From Eledone cirrhosa (taxonomy: Eukaryota): DNA of 64,000 nt. How positions within the stretch are numbered: position 1 is the first letter of the stretch; the number at the start of each line of letters is the position of its first letter. The notes beneath the pieces are model-generated. The model was given only the letters and a program-made list of their open reading frames with translations, was not told where the DNA came from and did not search any database. Shown here piece by piece: positions 15,656 to 30,215 of this stretch. The translations under genes and the position numbers were made by a program. The stretch lies in assembly GCA_964016885.1 (NCBI GenBank), contig OZ024763.1, forward strand, positions 27,528,001-27,592,000, read 5' to 3'.

Positions 15656-16008
15656 ACTTTTCAATGCCGTAGACGAGATAACTCGTCCTAACATATTTGA
15701 ACTCTGTTCAAACAGTTAATAAATTTAAAGTAGGGAGATCTCCTAGGGCTAATGTCACCAGATGTCTCCACTGCCAAGGGCACGACCGCAAACCTGTCGA
15801 AGAGCGACCGGTACTTGGAGAAATTATGAACTCGTTTCCAACAGTTCATAACTTCAAAGCTAGATGAGGTTACTAGTTTATTGATGTGATGTTTGTCAAT
15901 CATTCAGATATGAGTTGTTAATAAATGTTTGTTTAAAAAATAGTCATTTTACCGAAAAAAAACCTGGCACAGAAACTGTAGCTGTGTAAAATATCGGCAG
16001 TCAAAAGG
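15656..16008. mobile_element. piggyBac-like MITE with TTAA target duplication
   Basis: TTAA-acttttcaatgccg ... cggcagtcaaaagg-TTAA form imperfect TIRs with TTAA on both sides. Confidence 0.6.
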
Positions 16009-16103
16009 TTAAACGAATATTACTTGATGTTAATTTACAGGAAATCGTATGAAACTATGATTTTAAAAATGTATGTATATTTAATATGTGATAACAGTTT
16101 AGA

Positions 16104-17625
16104 AGCTCGGAGATCAGAGACTTGTTCCAGGTAGATCCAGTACTTCTCGAAATTCAGAGATCACAGCTCCAATATTACAGACATGTGGTTAGAATGTCTC
16201 TGGAAAGAATCGCTGGACAGATTTGTAGCTCAGAGATCAGAGAGTCACTCCAGGTTGAGCTGCTAATTCTCCTACTTGAGAGATCACAGCTCTGATACTA
16301 TGGACATGTGGTTAGAATGTCTCTGGAAAGAATCGCTGGACAGATTTGTAGCTCAGAGATCAGAGAGTCACTCCAGGTTGAGCTGCTAATTCTCCTACTT
16401 GAGAGATCACAGCTCTGATACTATGGACATGTGGTTAGAATGTCTCTGGAAAGAATCGCTGGACAGATTTGTAGCTCAGAGATCAGAGAGTCACTCCAGG
16501 TTGAGCTGCTAATTCTCCTACTTGAGAGATCACAGCTCTGATACTATGGACATGTGGTTAGAATGTCTCTGGAAAGAATCGCTGGACAGATTTGTAGCTC
16601 AGAGATCAGAGAGTCACTCCAGGTTGAGCTGCTAATTCTCCTACTTGAGAGATCACAGCTCTGATACTATGGACATGGGGTTAGAATGTCTCGGGTTAGA
16701 ATCGCTGAACAGATTTGTAGCTCAGAGATCAGAGAGTCACTCCAGGTTGAGCTGCTAATTCTCCTACTTGAGAGATCACAGCTCTGATACTATGGACATG
16801 TGGTTAGAATGTCTCAGGAAAGAATCACTGGACAGATTTGTAGCTCAGAGATCAGAGAGTCACTCCAGGTAGAGCTGCCACTTCTCCTAATTGAGAGATC
16901 ACAGCTCTGATACTATGGACATGTGGTTATAATGTCTCTGGAAAGAATCGCTGGACAGATTTGTAGCTCAGAGATCAGAGAGTCACTCCATGTAGAGCCG
17001 CTACTTCTCCGAATTGAGAGATCACAGCTCTGATACTGTGGGTATGTGGTTATAATGTCTCGGGAAAGAATCACTGGACAGATTTGTAGCTCAGAGATCA
17101 GAGAGTCACTCCATGTAGAGCCGCTACTTCTCCGAATTGAGAGATCACAGCTCTACTACTGTGGGTATGTGGTTAGAATGTCTCGGGAAAGAATCACTGG
17201 ACAGATTTGTAGCTCAGAGATCAGAGAGTCACTCCATGTAGAGCCGCTACTTCTCCGAATTGAGAGATCACAGCTCTACTACTGTGGGTATGTGGTTAGA
17301 ATGTCTCGGGAAAGAATCACTGGACAGATTTGTAGCTCAGAGATCAGAGAGTCACTCCAGGTAGAGCTGCTACTTCTCCTACTTGAGAGATCACAGCTCT
17401 GATACTATCGACATGTGGTTAGAATGTCTCAGGAAAGAATCGCTGGACAGATTTGTAGCTCAGAGATCAGGGAGTCACTCCAGGTAGAGCTGCTACTTCT
17501 CTGAATAGAGAGATCACAGCTCTGACACTATGGGCATGTGGTTAGAATGTCACAGGAAAGAATCAGCCTGCAGGAGACCCAGGGGTAAACCAACCCTAAG
17601 CAAGATGGTTGGGTGAAGAAGAAGA
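16104..17625 (+). repeat. 123 bp (41-codon) tandem array x12 derived from an RTE LINE ORF2 segment, ending in a deleted 3' end and (GAA)n
   Basis: Units start at 16104 + n*123 up to 17457 and translate SSEIRESLHVEPLLLRIERSQL(Y/*)Y(Y/C)G(H/Y)VVRMS.ERI.GQIC. The array continues into aggagacccagggg, shared with 25232-25459. Confidence 0.9.
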
Positions 17626-17635
17626 AATAAGATTG

Positions 17636-17805
17636 ATTGTCGAGTTGTCGATGGTAAAACCGGCTCCCCTAACGACGCCTTGTCTTCTGAGGAGGGTAGG
17701 TGGAACCCCAGGAGTACAACAATGGGAAAAGAGTCAGGACCCCGACGACTGAATTTCGGCCGTTCCGAATCGGCCGCAGCTCAGCCGTCGGGGTCCTGAC
17801 ATTTT

Positions 17806-17809
<4 letters not shown>
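17636..17809 (-). mobile_element. PLE-type hairpin-plus-tail related to the 50557 family
   Basis: Inverted repeat gtcaggaccccgacg / cgtcggggtcctgac; the tail retains aggtggaac and gagtac; (TA)n on the right. Confidence 0.6.
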
Positions 17810-17873
<64 letters not shown>

Positions 17874-17911
17874 AAGTGGAGGATCTTAATGAGCTGGGCT
17901 CTTTCAACTTG

Positions 17912-17961
<50 letters not shown>

Positions 17962-18113
17962 GTTCTGTTCATATACCAACACAAGAGCAAGAACGAAGTG
18001 TTCATTCTACTGACATGGCTATGAAATTGAGGCTTGTTTGCATAATTGCAAACGAATTGAATGATATTACTAATATTCGAAAAACTCAGATTATATATCT
18101 ATATATATATCTA

Positions 18114-18163
<50 letters not shown>

Positions 18164-18294
18164 TGCGTATATATAAATAATGTATATGTTGCGTACTTTT
18201 ACATGCAAAATATAAATCGAAGATAATGATCGATGATTACTCAGCTTAAAAACAAGGAAAAGCATCAATATAACACATACACACACACGCGCGT

Positions 18295-18369
<75 letters not shown>

Positions 18370-18617
18370 CATATATATGTTTATAATATAATATAAAAGA
18401 ATATAAATGCAAAAAAGAGTTTATAGAGATAGTTGCCATTTTGTTGAGGGTTCGGTCGTTTTTGTGGAATCAATGTATTTTTGGGGGCATTTGGGACCAT
18501 GTATTATGGCATCCTGTAAAGGTCCCTAGATACTGCCCTGTCTGGTTGTCTGTCTGTCTGTCTGTCTGACTGTCTTTACTGTTTCTCTATCTCTCTGTCT
18601 GTTTGTCGTCTGACATA

Positions 18618-18665
<48 letters not shown>

Positions 18666-18691
18666 CCATAGACATATATATACATACATAG

Positions 18692-18783
<92 letters not shown>

Positions 18784-18949
18784 ATATATGTATATATATA
18801 TATATATGTATATATACACACATATATACATATATATATATATATACACACAGAGAATGTTCCCAAAAATGTATACATACTTCAACAGCACTCTAATAAA
18901 AGTGTTTGCATTTTTTGTTTTGGGGGTGTATATATAAATATATACTATA

Positions 18950-19019
<70 letters not shown>

Positions 19020-19601
19020 GCACACACACACATATATATATAGAGAGAGAGAGAGGGAGAGAGGGAGAGAGAAAGGGTGTATTTGTGTGTGTGGGGGGGA
19101 AGAGTGATCGTTATGTGTCACGTGACCTTGCTCCTAAACACATATTCCATAACGTGTTTCGGTGAAAACGAGTGGATTAACACATCTAACGCGCCTCTTT
19201 CCAAACCAACCCTTCAACCAACCCTCCCCTCTCCTTTCCCAGGCCCCACACCTTTCCTTCCATTTGCATTGTCCTCCATTGTCGCTGCTCTCGTAGTCGC
19301 TATTACGACGAGATCCGTGAATCTCGAGAGAGCAGGGGCGAAAGGGAGTGATTAAGAGAGAAACGTTATATAAATGAATACAGGGCCCTCTCCCATACTG
19401 ACACACACACACACACATACACACACATACACAGATACACACACACACACATATACACATACACACACACACACATACACACACATACACACAAACACAC
19501 ACGCACAAACACAGATACACACACACACACACACACACATGCACACACATACACACATCTATATATATGTACATATGTCTGTATATATATTTGTGTGTAT
19601 T

Positions 19602-19662
<61 letters not shown>

Positions 19663-19709
19663 ATGTATCTCTCTCTCTATATATATATATGTATGTATAT
19701 ATATATATG

Positions 19710-19740
<31 letters not shown>

Positions 19741-19742
19741 AT

Positions 19743-19788
<46 letters not shown>

Positions 19789-19816
19789 GTTTGTTGCTAC
19801 ACACACACACACACAC

Positions 19817-19887
<71 letters not shown>

Positions 19888-19924
19888 TGTGTGTGTGTGT
19901 GTAGCAACAAAAAGATGAAGTGTA

Positions 19925-20180
19925 TTCAACACCTGTTTTAGTTATAAATATCAATATCGGTCAGACAGCTTCCCCGCTGATGTTTTGTCCACATATTTCC
20001 CTCTCCAGGGGGTATTTTACCCGACTTATTAGACAATTGTAGATGTCTCATCTTCCCCCCACTCACACCCACAAGAAGACACCATGTACTAATTGAACAA
20101 TATGAATGACTATGTGGATTGTATCTCGTTTTAAATGTATTGACATTTATCCCGACGTACGTTTCCACTCTATTTCTCTC
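19925..20180 (-). pseudogene. Decayed PLE GIY-YIG endonuclease fragment
   Basis: ETYVGINVNTFKTRYNPH fits the Y.G.....FK.RY..H motif of PLE GIY-YIG domains; a downstream CLTD resembles the C.LCL.E motif. Confidence 0.5.
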
Positions 20181-20401
20181 TGTATTCTATTTATTCCGAG
20201 ATATATTTCCTAACATCGATGAAACGGGTGGTCGTATTTATCGAATTCCGTGCAATGTGTGACATCGAGTTGTTTGTAGATGCATTATTTGGGCCAATCA
20301 TAAGAGATGTCAACATGAATGGACCTGGTATTTTTATCTAAAGAAATTTTTTTCAAAATCCAACCCGCCCGTCCCTTCAATCTATCTTATTCCTCATTCT
20401 T

Positions 20402-20437
20402 TCTTCTGATGAAGGATTAGTGTCCGAAACGTTAAGA
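20402..20437 (+). ncRNA. Minimal type I hammerhead ribozyme (PLE pLTR type)
   Basis: tctt-CTGATGA-a-gga(ttagtg)tcc-GAAAC-GTT-aaga. Stem I tctt/aaga, stem II gga/tcc, and a loopless palindromic ACGT stem III that would need dimerisation. Confidence 0.7.
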
Positions 20438-20518
20438 CCCTCTTCCTGCTATATCAAGCGTTGACCTAATATATCCCTTCCATATACTGTACCGATTGTG
20501 TTGTTATTTCTGTTTACC

Positions 20519-20602
<84 letters not shown>

Positions 20603-20719
20603 GTTTGTATGTGTGTGTTTGTGTGTGTGTGTATATATGCATTCGTGAGTGAATATAAATCCGCCATGCTAGAGCGAAAACAAATTTTGTTTATGTATAT
20701 ATATATATGTGTGTGTGTG

Positions 20720-20757
<38 letters not shown>

Positions 20758-20808
20758 AACATAAATGTATATATATATGAATATAAATACATATATACAA
20801 AGCTACAT

Positions 20809-20861
<53 letters not shown>

Positions 20862-20962
20862 ATATTAATAACTCCAGAAAATTATTTTTTCTCGTTGAGT
20901 GCTTCCAATCTACTGTAAAACTCATTCTTTGACATAATCATTGAATATTGTTTAACACTTTA

Positions 20963-21009
<47 letters not shown>

Positions 21010-21052
21010 CGTACATATATATAAATATTTTAAGCATCCATATCAAGTATGG

Positions 21053-21092
<40 letters not shown>

Positions 21093-21363
21093 ACACACAC
21101 ACACACACATACACACACAATCACATACGTGTTGATTTGTAGGAGAGTCCCAACAAGCCTATCCAACTGTTGCTGTTTAAAATAAACATCACCTCACAGA
21201 GCCTCCCCCACTGTCATCCACTCACATCCTCTCCCTTCCTCCTGTAGATGGGAACCTTCTAGGTTTAGTGCTTTGCATTAAATCACTCTACAACACTTTA
21301 CTCCCTGATCCGATTCAGTTCCACATACAATGATATACTTCCATACATGTGTGTGTGTATATA

Positions 21364-21432
<69 letters not shown>

Positions 21433-21457
21433 TTGTGTGTGTCTAAGTTCATGTACG

Positions 21458-21489
<32 letters not shown>

Positions 21490-21530
21490 TGTATGTATGT
21501 ATGTATGTATGTATGTATGTATGTATACAT

Positions 21531-21575
<45 letters not shown>

Positions 21576-21606
21576 GTGAGAGTGGGTGACAGACAGACAG
21601 TACATG

Positions 21607-21676
<70 letters not shown>

Positions 21677-21917
21677 ATATATATACATGCATCTACTTTC
21701 CATCTGTATATATATATGTTATGTATATATATATATATATATATATACATAACATATATATATACAGATGGAATATATATATACACCCATATCTACACAC
21801 AAACATAATTATGGAGACACACATACATACACGCACACATACATACACACACACACACACCCATACATACATACATATATATATATGTATATATATATAT
21901 TTATATGTGTGCGTGTG

Positions 21918-22004
<87 letters not shown>

Positions 22005-22451
22005 GCACATATATATATATATATATATATATAGATGTGCGTGTGTATATATATATATATATATATATGTATATGTATATTTATATACACATACATTTTT
22101 TTTTATTTTTTATTATACTTCAAATAAATGAGGTTCATCTTTTTATTTTGACACATCCAATAAATCACATATCACTTGTTGACCAATGTTTGGTAGTTCC
22201 GTCCAGTGCCACCTTCTATTATTTGTCTACAAGAGGCTTCTATGCTCCAAAGATTAATTGGTTTAACACCATTGTTGATTCAGTTCTTCTGCTCTTAGAT
22301 TTGGTTCTTGGTTTTGGTTTTAGGTTTTGGTTCTTGGTTTTGGTTTTAGGTTTTGATTTTTGGTTTTTGGTGTTAGTGGTTGTATTTTATTGTATTTTAT
22401 TCTTTTCTTGTATGTTGGAGTTGTATGGTGGATATTTTTATATATGTTATG

Positions 22452-22530
<79 letters not shown>

Positions 22531-22582
22531 TTGTTGTATATTTTGGGGGGTATTTTTATATTTTTATATATGCTGTGTATGT

Positions 22583-22614
<32 letters not shown>

Positions 22615-22768
22615 TGTATGTATATATATATAAATATATAAATATATAAATATATAAATATATAAATATATATATATACACTGCATTTATGTGTGTGTAT
22701 ATGTGTATGTATAATTTTGTTATGTATGTGTGTTTGTATGTATGTATGTATGTATGTATTTATCTATT

Positions 22769-22844
<76 letters not shown>

Positions 22845-22853
22845 AATAGATAA

Positions 22854-22906
<53 letters not shown>

Positions 22907-23299
22907 ATTTTGGGGGTATATATATATTTTTCTTCTTTCTTGCTTGCTTTATGTTTGTGTTTGATTGCATGTTTGTTTGTGTGTGTATGTGTGTATGAGT
23001 GTATGAGTGTGTGTTTAAATGCACGTGGTAAGTGTTTTATTATATCTATACGTATACGTGTATGTGTGTGTATGTGTGTGTGTGTATACGTGTGTGTGCG
23101 TGTGTCTGATCAAATGTACGTGTGTAGATATATGCGGTCAGATGTAGGTGTATATATGTTTGTAGGTGGAGCGTGTGTGAGTATATGAATCGGTGTGTAT
23201 GTTTGTGTGCATGTATGAGTGTGTGTGTGTGTGTGTATGTGTGTAAATGTATTTATGTAAATGTATGTGTGCAGATGTGTGTGTAAGTGCATGTCTCAT

Positions 23300-23586
23300 G
23301 TGCATGAGTGCAGATATGTGTGTGTATGTATGTGTATGTATGTGTATGTATGTGTGTATGTATGTATGTATGTATGTGTGTGTATGTATGTGTGTGTATA
23401 TCTATGTATGAATGGGTATGTATGTATGTATATATATATGTATGTATGTATGTATGTAAATGTATATATGTGTGTATGTATGTGTATGTGTGTGTGTGTG
23501 TATATGTATGTATGAATGGGTATGTATGTATGTATAGATATATATATATATATGTATGTATATGTATGTATGTATGTGTGTATGTA

Positions 23587-23617
<31 letters not shown>

Positions 23618-23654
23618 ATGTATGTATGTATGTATGTATGTATGTGTGTATGTA

Positions 23655-23685
<31 letters not shown>

Positions 23686-24062
23686 ATGTATGTATGTATG
23701 TGTGTATGTATGTATGTATGTATGTATGTATGTATGTATGTATGTGCGTATGTATGTGTGTATGTATGTGTGTATGTATGTATGTATGTATGTATGTATG
23801 TATGTATGTATATATGTATGTATGTATGTGTGTATGTATGTGTGTGTGTATGTATGTATGTATGTGTGTGTGTATGTATGTATGTATGTATGTATGTATG
23901 TATGTATGTATGTATGTATGTATGTGTGTGTGTATGTATGTATGTATGTATGTATGTGTGTATGTATGTATGTATGTATGTATGTGTGTATGTATGTATG
24001 TATGTATGTATGTATGTATGTATGTATGTATGTATGTATGTATGTATGTGTGTATGTATGTA
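23300..24062. repeat. (ATGT)n microsatellite
   Basis: Read directly. The complementary (ACAT)n occurs at about 53715-54142. Confidence 0.95.
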
Positions 24063-24728
24063 TCATATTTACTTTCCTTTCACTGTTGATAGTCAACAGA
24101 TATTTGAATATTATCAAAGCTATTTCCCCTGTGTTGTGTGTATGTGTGGCTATGTGTATGTGTGTATGTATATGTGTACATTTGTGCGTGTGATGTGTAT
24201 GTGTGTGGTTGTGAATGTGTGCGTGGCTATGTGTGTGTGTGTGTGTGTGTGTGTATACATCTGTGTGCTTGTTTGTGTGTGGCTATATATGTGTGTTTGT
24301 ATATGTGTGGTCATGTAAGTGTGTCAGTATGTATGTGTGTGTGTGTATGTATGTGTGTGGCTATGTATGTATGTATGTATGTATGTATGTATGTATGTAT
24401 GTATGTGGCTTTGTATGTATATGTGTGTGGCTATGTATTTCTGCATGTGTGTGTGTGTGTGTGAGTGACCATGTATGTGTGCATGTTTGTGTGTTGTATG
24501 TGTATGTGTGCATGTGTGTGTGTGTATATTTGCATGAGTTACAACTGTTGACATGTCCCCCCCCACGCCACTGTACACCCCCACCACCCCACCAGTCCCC
24601 AATATTTTAGTACCGTTCATTTTCAACTGTTTGCTTCGATCTCTAAACGTGTTTTTTTTCAATAAAAGTTATAGGTTTGTCCTTTCCATTTCGAGAAATT
24701 TTATTATATACGTAACACACACCAGAAA

Positions 24729-25231
24729 TCTTCTTCTTCTTCTTCTTCTTCTTCTTCTTCTTCTTCTTCTTCTTCTTCTTCTTCTTCTTCTTCTTCTTCT
24801 TCTTCTTCTTCTTCTTCTTCTTCTTCTTCTTCTTCTTCTTCTTCTTCTTCTTCTTCTTCTTCTTCTTCTTCTTCTTTGCCTCCTCCGTCTTCTTCTTCTT
24901 CTTCTTCTTCTTCTTCTTCTTCTTCTTTGCCTCCTCCGTCTTCTTCTTCTTCTTCTTCTTCTTCTTCTTCTTCTTCTTCTTCTTCTTCTTCTTCTTCTTC
25001 TTCTTCTTCTTCTTCTTCTTTGCCTCCTCCACCTTCTTCTTCTTCTTCTTCTTCTTCTTCTTCTTCTTCTTCTTCTTCTTCTTCTTCCTTCTTCTTCTTC
25101 TTCTTCTTCTTCTTCTTCTTCTTCTTTGCCTCCTCCTTCTCCTTCTTCTTCTTCTTCTTCTTCTTCTTCTTCTTCTTCTTCTTCTTCTTCTTCTTCTTCT
25201 TCTTCTTCTTCTTCTTCTTCTTCTTCTTCTT
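24729..25231 (-). repeat. ~500 bp (GAA)n tract, the expanded tail of the adjacent RTE LINE
   Basis: (TTC)n with recurrent tttgcctcctcc interruptions, abutting the LINE 3' end. Confidence 0.9.
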
Positions 25232-25459
25232 CACATGGGGTTCGTGGGGAGGCACAGTCCTCAAACACACCTTCCAGCAGGTCCTGTCAGAAGCAACCGT
25301 CTCCAACTGATCCCACTGGGTGCCCAAGCGAGACCAGCCAAGCTAATGGATGTTATCCAACTATCTTGCTAGGGTCTACCCCCTTGTTCTACCCCCTGGG
25401 TCTCCTGTCGGCTGCTTCTGCCCGTACAATCTGTTCAGCGATTCTTTCCTGACACATTC
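25232..25459 (-). mobile_element. RTE-type LINE 3' end
   Basis: Minus strand reads MCQERIAEQIV...RRPRG...LGTQWDQLETVASDRTCWKVCL; same family as the 16104 array. Confidence 0.75.
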
Positions 25460-25469
25460 CATGCCATAT

Positions 25470-26070
25470 GGATTGGCAGTATCGGTAGAGGGTCGGCCGC
25501 CATGCTTTGCAGCAAAGAGTTACGGCCCTTGCCATTCTGAGTTCAAGTCCCGCCGAGGTTAACTTTGCCTTTCATCCTTACGGGGTCGATAAAATAAAGT
25601 ACCAGTAATATACTGTGATAATTGCTGGCCTTCAGCCAAAACGTAGAAACAAATATTATTGGTGGATTGGCAGTATTGGTAGCGGGTCGGACGCCATGCT
25701 TTGCAGCATAGAGTTACGGCCCTTGCCATTCTGAGTTCAAGTCCCGCCGAGGTTAACTTTGCCTTTCATCCTTACGGGGTCGATAAAATAAAGTACCAAT
25801 AATACACTGGGATATTTGCTGGCCTTCAGCCAAAACGTAGAAACAAATATTATTGGTGGATTGGCAGTATCGGTAGAGGGTCGGACGCCATGCTTTGCAG
25901 CATAGAGTTACGGCCCTTGCCATTCTGAGTTCAAATCCAGCCGAGGTTAGCTTTGCTTTTCATTCTTACAGAGTTGATAAAATAAAGTACCAGTAACGCA
26001 CTGAGGTCGATTCAGTCGATTTTCCACTTCTCATCAAATTGCTAGCCTTGGTCCTGAAGTAGAAATAATT
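25470..26070 (+). mobile_element. Three head-to-tail SINE copies, 194 bp period
   Basis: gattggcagt at 25471, 25665 and 25859; B box gagttcaagtccc; body actttgcctttcatccttacggggtcgataaaataaagtacc. Confidence 0.9.
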
Positions 26071-26179
26071 ATTATCATTATTGGTGATGGTGGGAATGTT
26101 GGTGGTGGAGTTGGTGGTGGTGCTGTTGTTGTTGTTGTTGTTGTTGTTGTTAATGGTGGTCTTGGTGGTGTTAATGGTG

Positions 26180-26660
26180 GTGGTGTTGGTGGTGTTAATG
26201 GTGGTGAGGGTTATGTTGGTGGTGGTGTTGGTTGTGATGGAGGTGTTGGTGGTGGTGATGGTGGTAATGGTTGTGGTGTTGGTGGTGTTAATGGTGGTGA
26301 GGGTTATGTTGGTGGTGGTGTTGGTTGTGATGGAGGTGTTGGTGATGGTGATGGTGGTAGTGGTTGTGGTGTTGGTGGTGTTAATGGTGGTGAGGGTTAT
26401 GTTGGTGGTGGTGTTGGTTGTGATGGAGGTGTTGGTGGTGGTGATGGTGGTAGTGGTTGTGGTGTTGGTGGTGTTAATGGTGGTGAGGGTTATGTTGGTG
26501 GTGGTGTTGGTTGTGATGGAGGTGTTGGTGGTGGTGATGGTGGTAATGGTTGTGGTGTTGGTGGTGTTAATGGTGGTGAGGGTTATGTTGGTGGTGGTGT
26601 TGGTTGTGATGGAGGTGTTGGTGGTGGTGATGGTGGTAATGGTTGTGGTGTTGGTGTTGT
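26180..26660. repeat. 93 bp unit x5 inside a (GGT)n tract
   Basis: gagggttatgttgg at 26206, 26299, 26392, 26485 and 26578. Confidence 0.85.
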
Positions 26661-26726
26661 TGTTGTTGGTGGTGGTGATAGTGGTAGTGGTTGTGGTGTT
26701 GGTGGTGGTGCTGGTAATGTTCGTGG

Positions 26727-26759
<33 letters not shown>

Positions 26760-27795
26760 CGACGACGACGACGACAACAACAACAAAAACAGTGACCCCA
26801 AAACAACAATAACAACAACAGTAACAATGACATTAACAACAACAACAACAACGACCACAACACCGACATTAACACCATAAAGAGCAACAACAACAGCAAC
26901 AACAACAACATCATCATCAACAACAACAACAACAACCATAACAACCATAACAACGACATTAACACCATAAAGAACACCACCACCACCACCACTACTACCA
27001 CTACTACCACCACCACCACTACCACCACCACTACTACCACCACCACCACCATCACCACTACTACCACCACCACCACCACCACCACCAACACCACCATCAC
27101 TACTACCACCGACACCACCACCACCACCACTACCACCACCACTACCACCACCGCCACTACCACCACCACCACTACCACCACCACCACTACCACCACCTCT
27201 ACTACCATCACCACCACCACCACCACCACCATCACCACCACCACCACTATCACCACCACCACCACTACTACCACCACCACCACCACCACCACCACCATCA
27301 CTACTACCACCGACACCACCACCACCACCATCATCACCACCACCATCACCACCACCACCACTACTATCCCCCCATCACCACCACCACCCACAACAACAAC
27401 AACAACAACAACAACAACCACGATAATTATACTAACAACATCAAATAAAAACGTTAATAAACAAATGCCAAAAAAAGTAAACACTTAAAAGAAAAATTAA
27501 TAATAGAAAAGAAATCTGGTGTGAAGTGATGTAACTTGTTGTGGTGGTGGTGGTGGGAGGAGGGAGATGTGGTGGAGAAGGTAGAGGGAGGAGGAGAAGG
27601 GGTGGGTAGGAGGATAGGAGGAGGGGGAGGGAGGGGGATGTATATAAAAATCTGAAAACGAAATAGAAATATGAAGACTCAACAAGTGAACTCATACACA
27701 CACACGCCCATACACACACACACACACATACACACAAATATGTGTGTATGTGTGTGCATGTATGTATGTGTATGTACATGTGTTGGTTTCCATGC

Positions 27796-27869
<74 letters not shown>

Positions 27870-27972
27870 CATATAAAAATGACTTAAGTGAAATGACACT
27901 TAGAAATAAATCATAATATACACAAAAAGACTCATACATATATATATAGATATACATATAAATATATATATT

Positions 27973-28007
<35 letters not shown>

Positions 28008-28104
28008 GTATATATGTATATATCAATATTTGTGTGTATATATATAAATATATATAAATATATATACATACACAAAAAGACTCATACATATATATACATA
28101 TAAA

Positions 28105-28145
<41 letters not shown>

Positions 28146-28281
28146 GGAGAACAGGAAACAGTCAAATTAAAATAAACAGGGAAAAAGGAGCAAGGAGTAT
28201 AATCTTGTTTTCTTTCAATCAATCTTGTACTGGGGCGGCCTACATTATATGGATACATGTGTTGATGGATATAGGGGGGTG

Positions 28282-28399
<118 letters not shown>

Positions 28400-28543
28400 C
28401 ACATATATATATATATATATATACATATATATATTTATATATATATATAAATATATATATATATGTATATAAATATATATATATGTATGCATGTATATAT
28501 GTATGCATGTATATATATATATATATGCATTTGTATATATACG

Positions 28544-28580
<37 letters not shown>

Positions 28581-28589
28581 ATATATACA

Positions 28590-28621
<32 letters not shown>

Positions 28622-28627
28622 CGGATA

Positions 28628-28698
<71 letters not shown>

Positions 28699-29277
28699 GT
28701 GTCGTTTGCTTTGTTATTTCTGCCTGCCTTTTGTATTATATATCTATATATATATATATAGGTATATATGTATATTTGTATATATGTATATATGTATATA
28801 AATATATATATATATATATATATACGCATATATATATATATATATATATATGCATATATATATATATATATGCATATATATATGTATATGTAAATAATAA
28901 ATACATGTCTGAGTGCGTCTGTAAGGGGAGGTAAGTGCCAATAAAACATTAAAAATAATCTCATTTTATGAAAAATCGTTTTAATGTTTTCGAGTTGCGT
29001 GTGTATTTGTGTATATGTGTGTTTATATGAATATATTTACACGTTAGCTTGTGTACGTTTAAGTGTGTATGTGTGAACACTATGTGTGTATGTCTGTGTC
29101 TGTGTGTGTGTATGTATCACTACCCATGAGGCTGTATGGACATGCCGTTGTAGTGTATATATTGTCCACATTGACTTACTCAATATTTTAATGGCATCCC
29201 GTACGTACGCTACGGATGTGTTTATGTTTGTTGGAGTGTGTGTTTATAAGTTTATTTAGAGGGTGGATATATAAATA

Positions 29278-29350
<73 letters not shown>

Positions 29351-29355
<5 letters not shown>

Positions 29356-29530
29356 AACAAAAGATGGTTAAAAGAGTTCCATGTATTTTATTATGCGCAT
29401 TTCAATACATGGAACTCTTTTAACCATCTTTTGTTCTTATATATTATGTATACTCCAGTCCTACAAACTGCAGAGTGCTTCTTATCCGATATCTGCATTG
29501 CTTTATTGTACTACAATAAAACTCACCTCC

Positions 29531-29533
<3 letters not shown>
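29351..29533 (+). mobile_element. PLE-type hairpin-plus-tail in (TA)n
   Basis: ~36 bp arms aagaacaaaagatggttaaaagagttccatgtatt and its reverse complement, then a ~93 nt tail containing cagagtgc. Confidence 0.6.
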
Positions 29534-29595
<62 letters not shown>

Positions 29596-29599
<4 letters not shown>

Positions 29600-29911
29600 T
29601 AATAAAAATAATGAATAAAAACAAATAAACAGTTCCATGATAGTTTGTAAAAATTTTACATAGATCTATATGATATACATACCAACACACACATATATAT
29701 ACTAGAAACGATCGTAAAATGATGAATTTTTTAATATAAGGAACTGTTTCTTTGTTTTTATTCATTGTTTTTATTAATTTATCTTGACTCTGTTTTCCTG
29801 TGTTTTTCATCGAAAAAATTTTGAATACATCTTCTCTTTTCATGATATTTGGATTACATTGAGTTCTTTATACAGATTGGACACTGCCGTATATTTTGGT
29901 AGATTTATCTA
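29596..29911 (+). mobile_element. PLE-type inverted repeat plus tail in (TA)n
   Basis: Arms 29596-29637 and 29740-29781; the tail contains ttgagttc about 45 nt before (TA)n. Confidence 0.5.
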
Positions 29912-29935
29912 CATATATATATATATATGTATGTA

Positions 29936-30069
<134 letters not shown>

Positions 30070-30215
30070 TTTTGAGTTTATGTTGGTTGTATACCAACAC
30101 CTCAGTATGCAGGCTGGAGCACTCGACGAAGTGCGCAGGTTGGTTTGGTTACTCCGGAGTAGTGTAAAATAAAGTTAAATAAAAGTCAAATGATTAAAAT
30201 TTAGCTTCGTTTATT

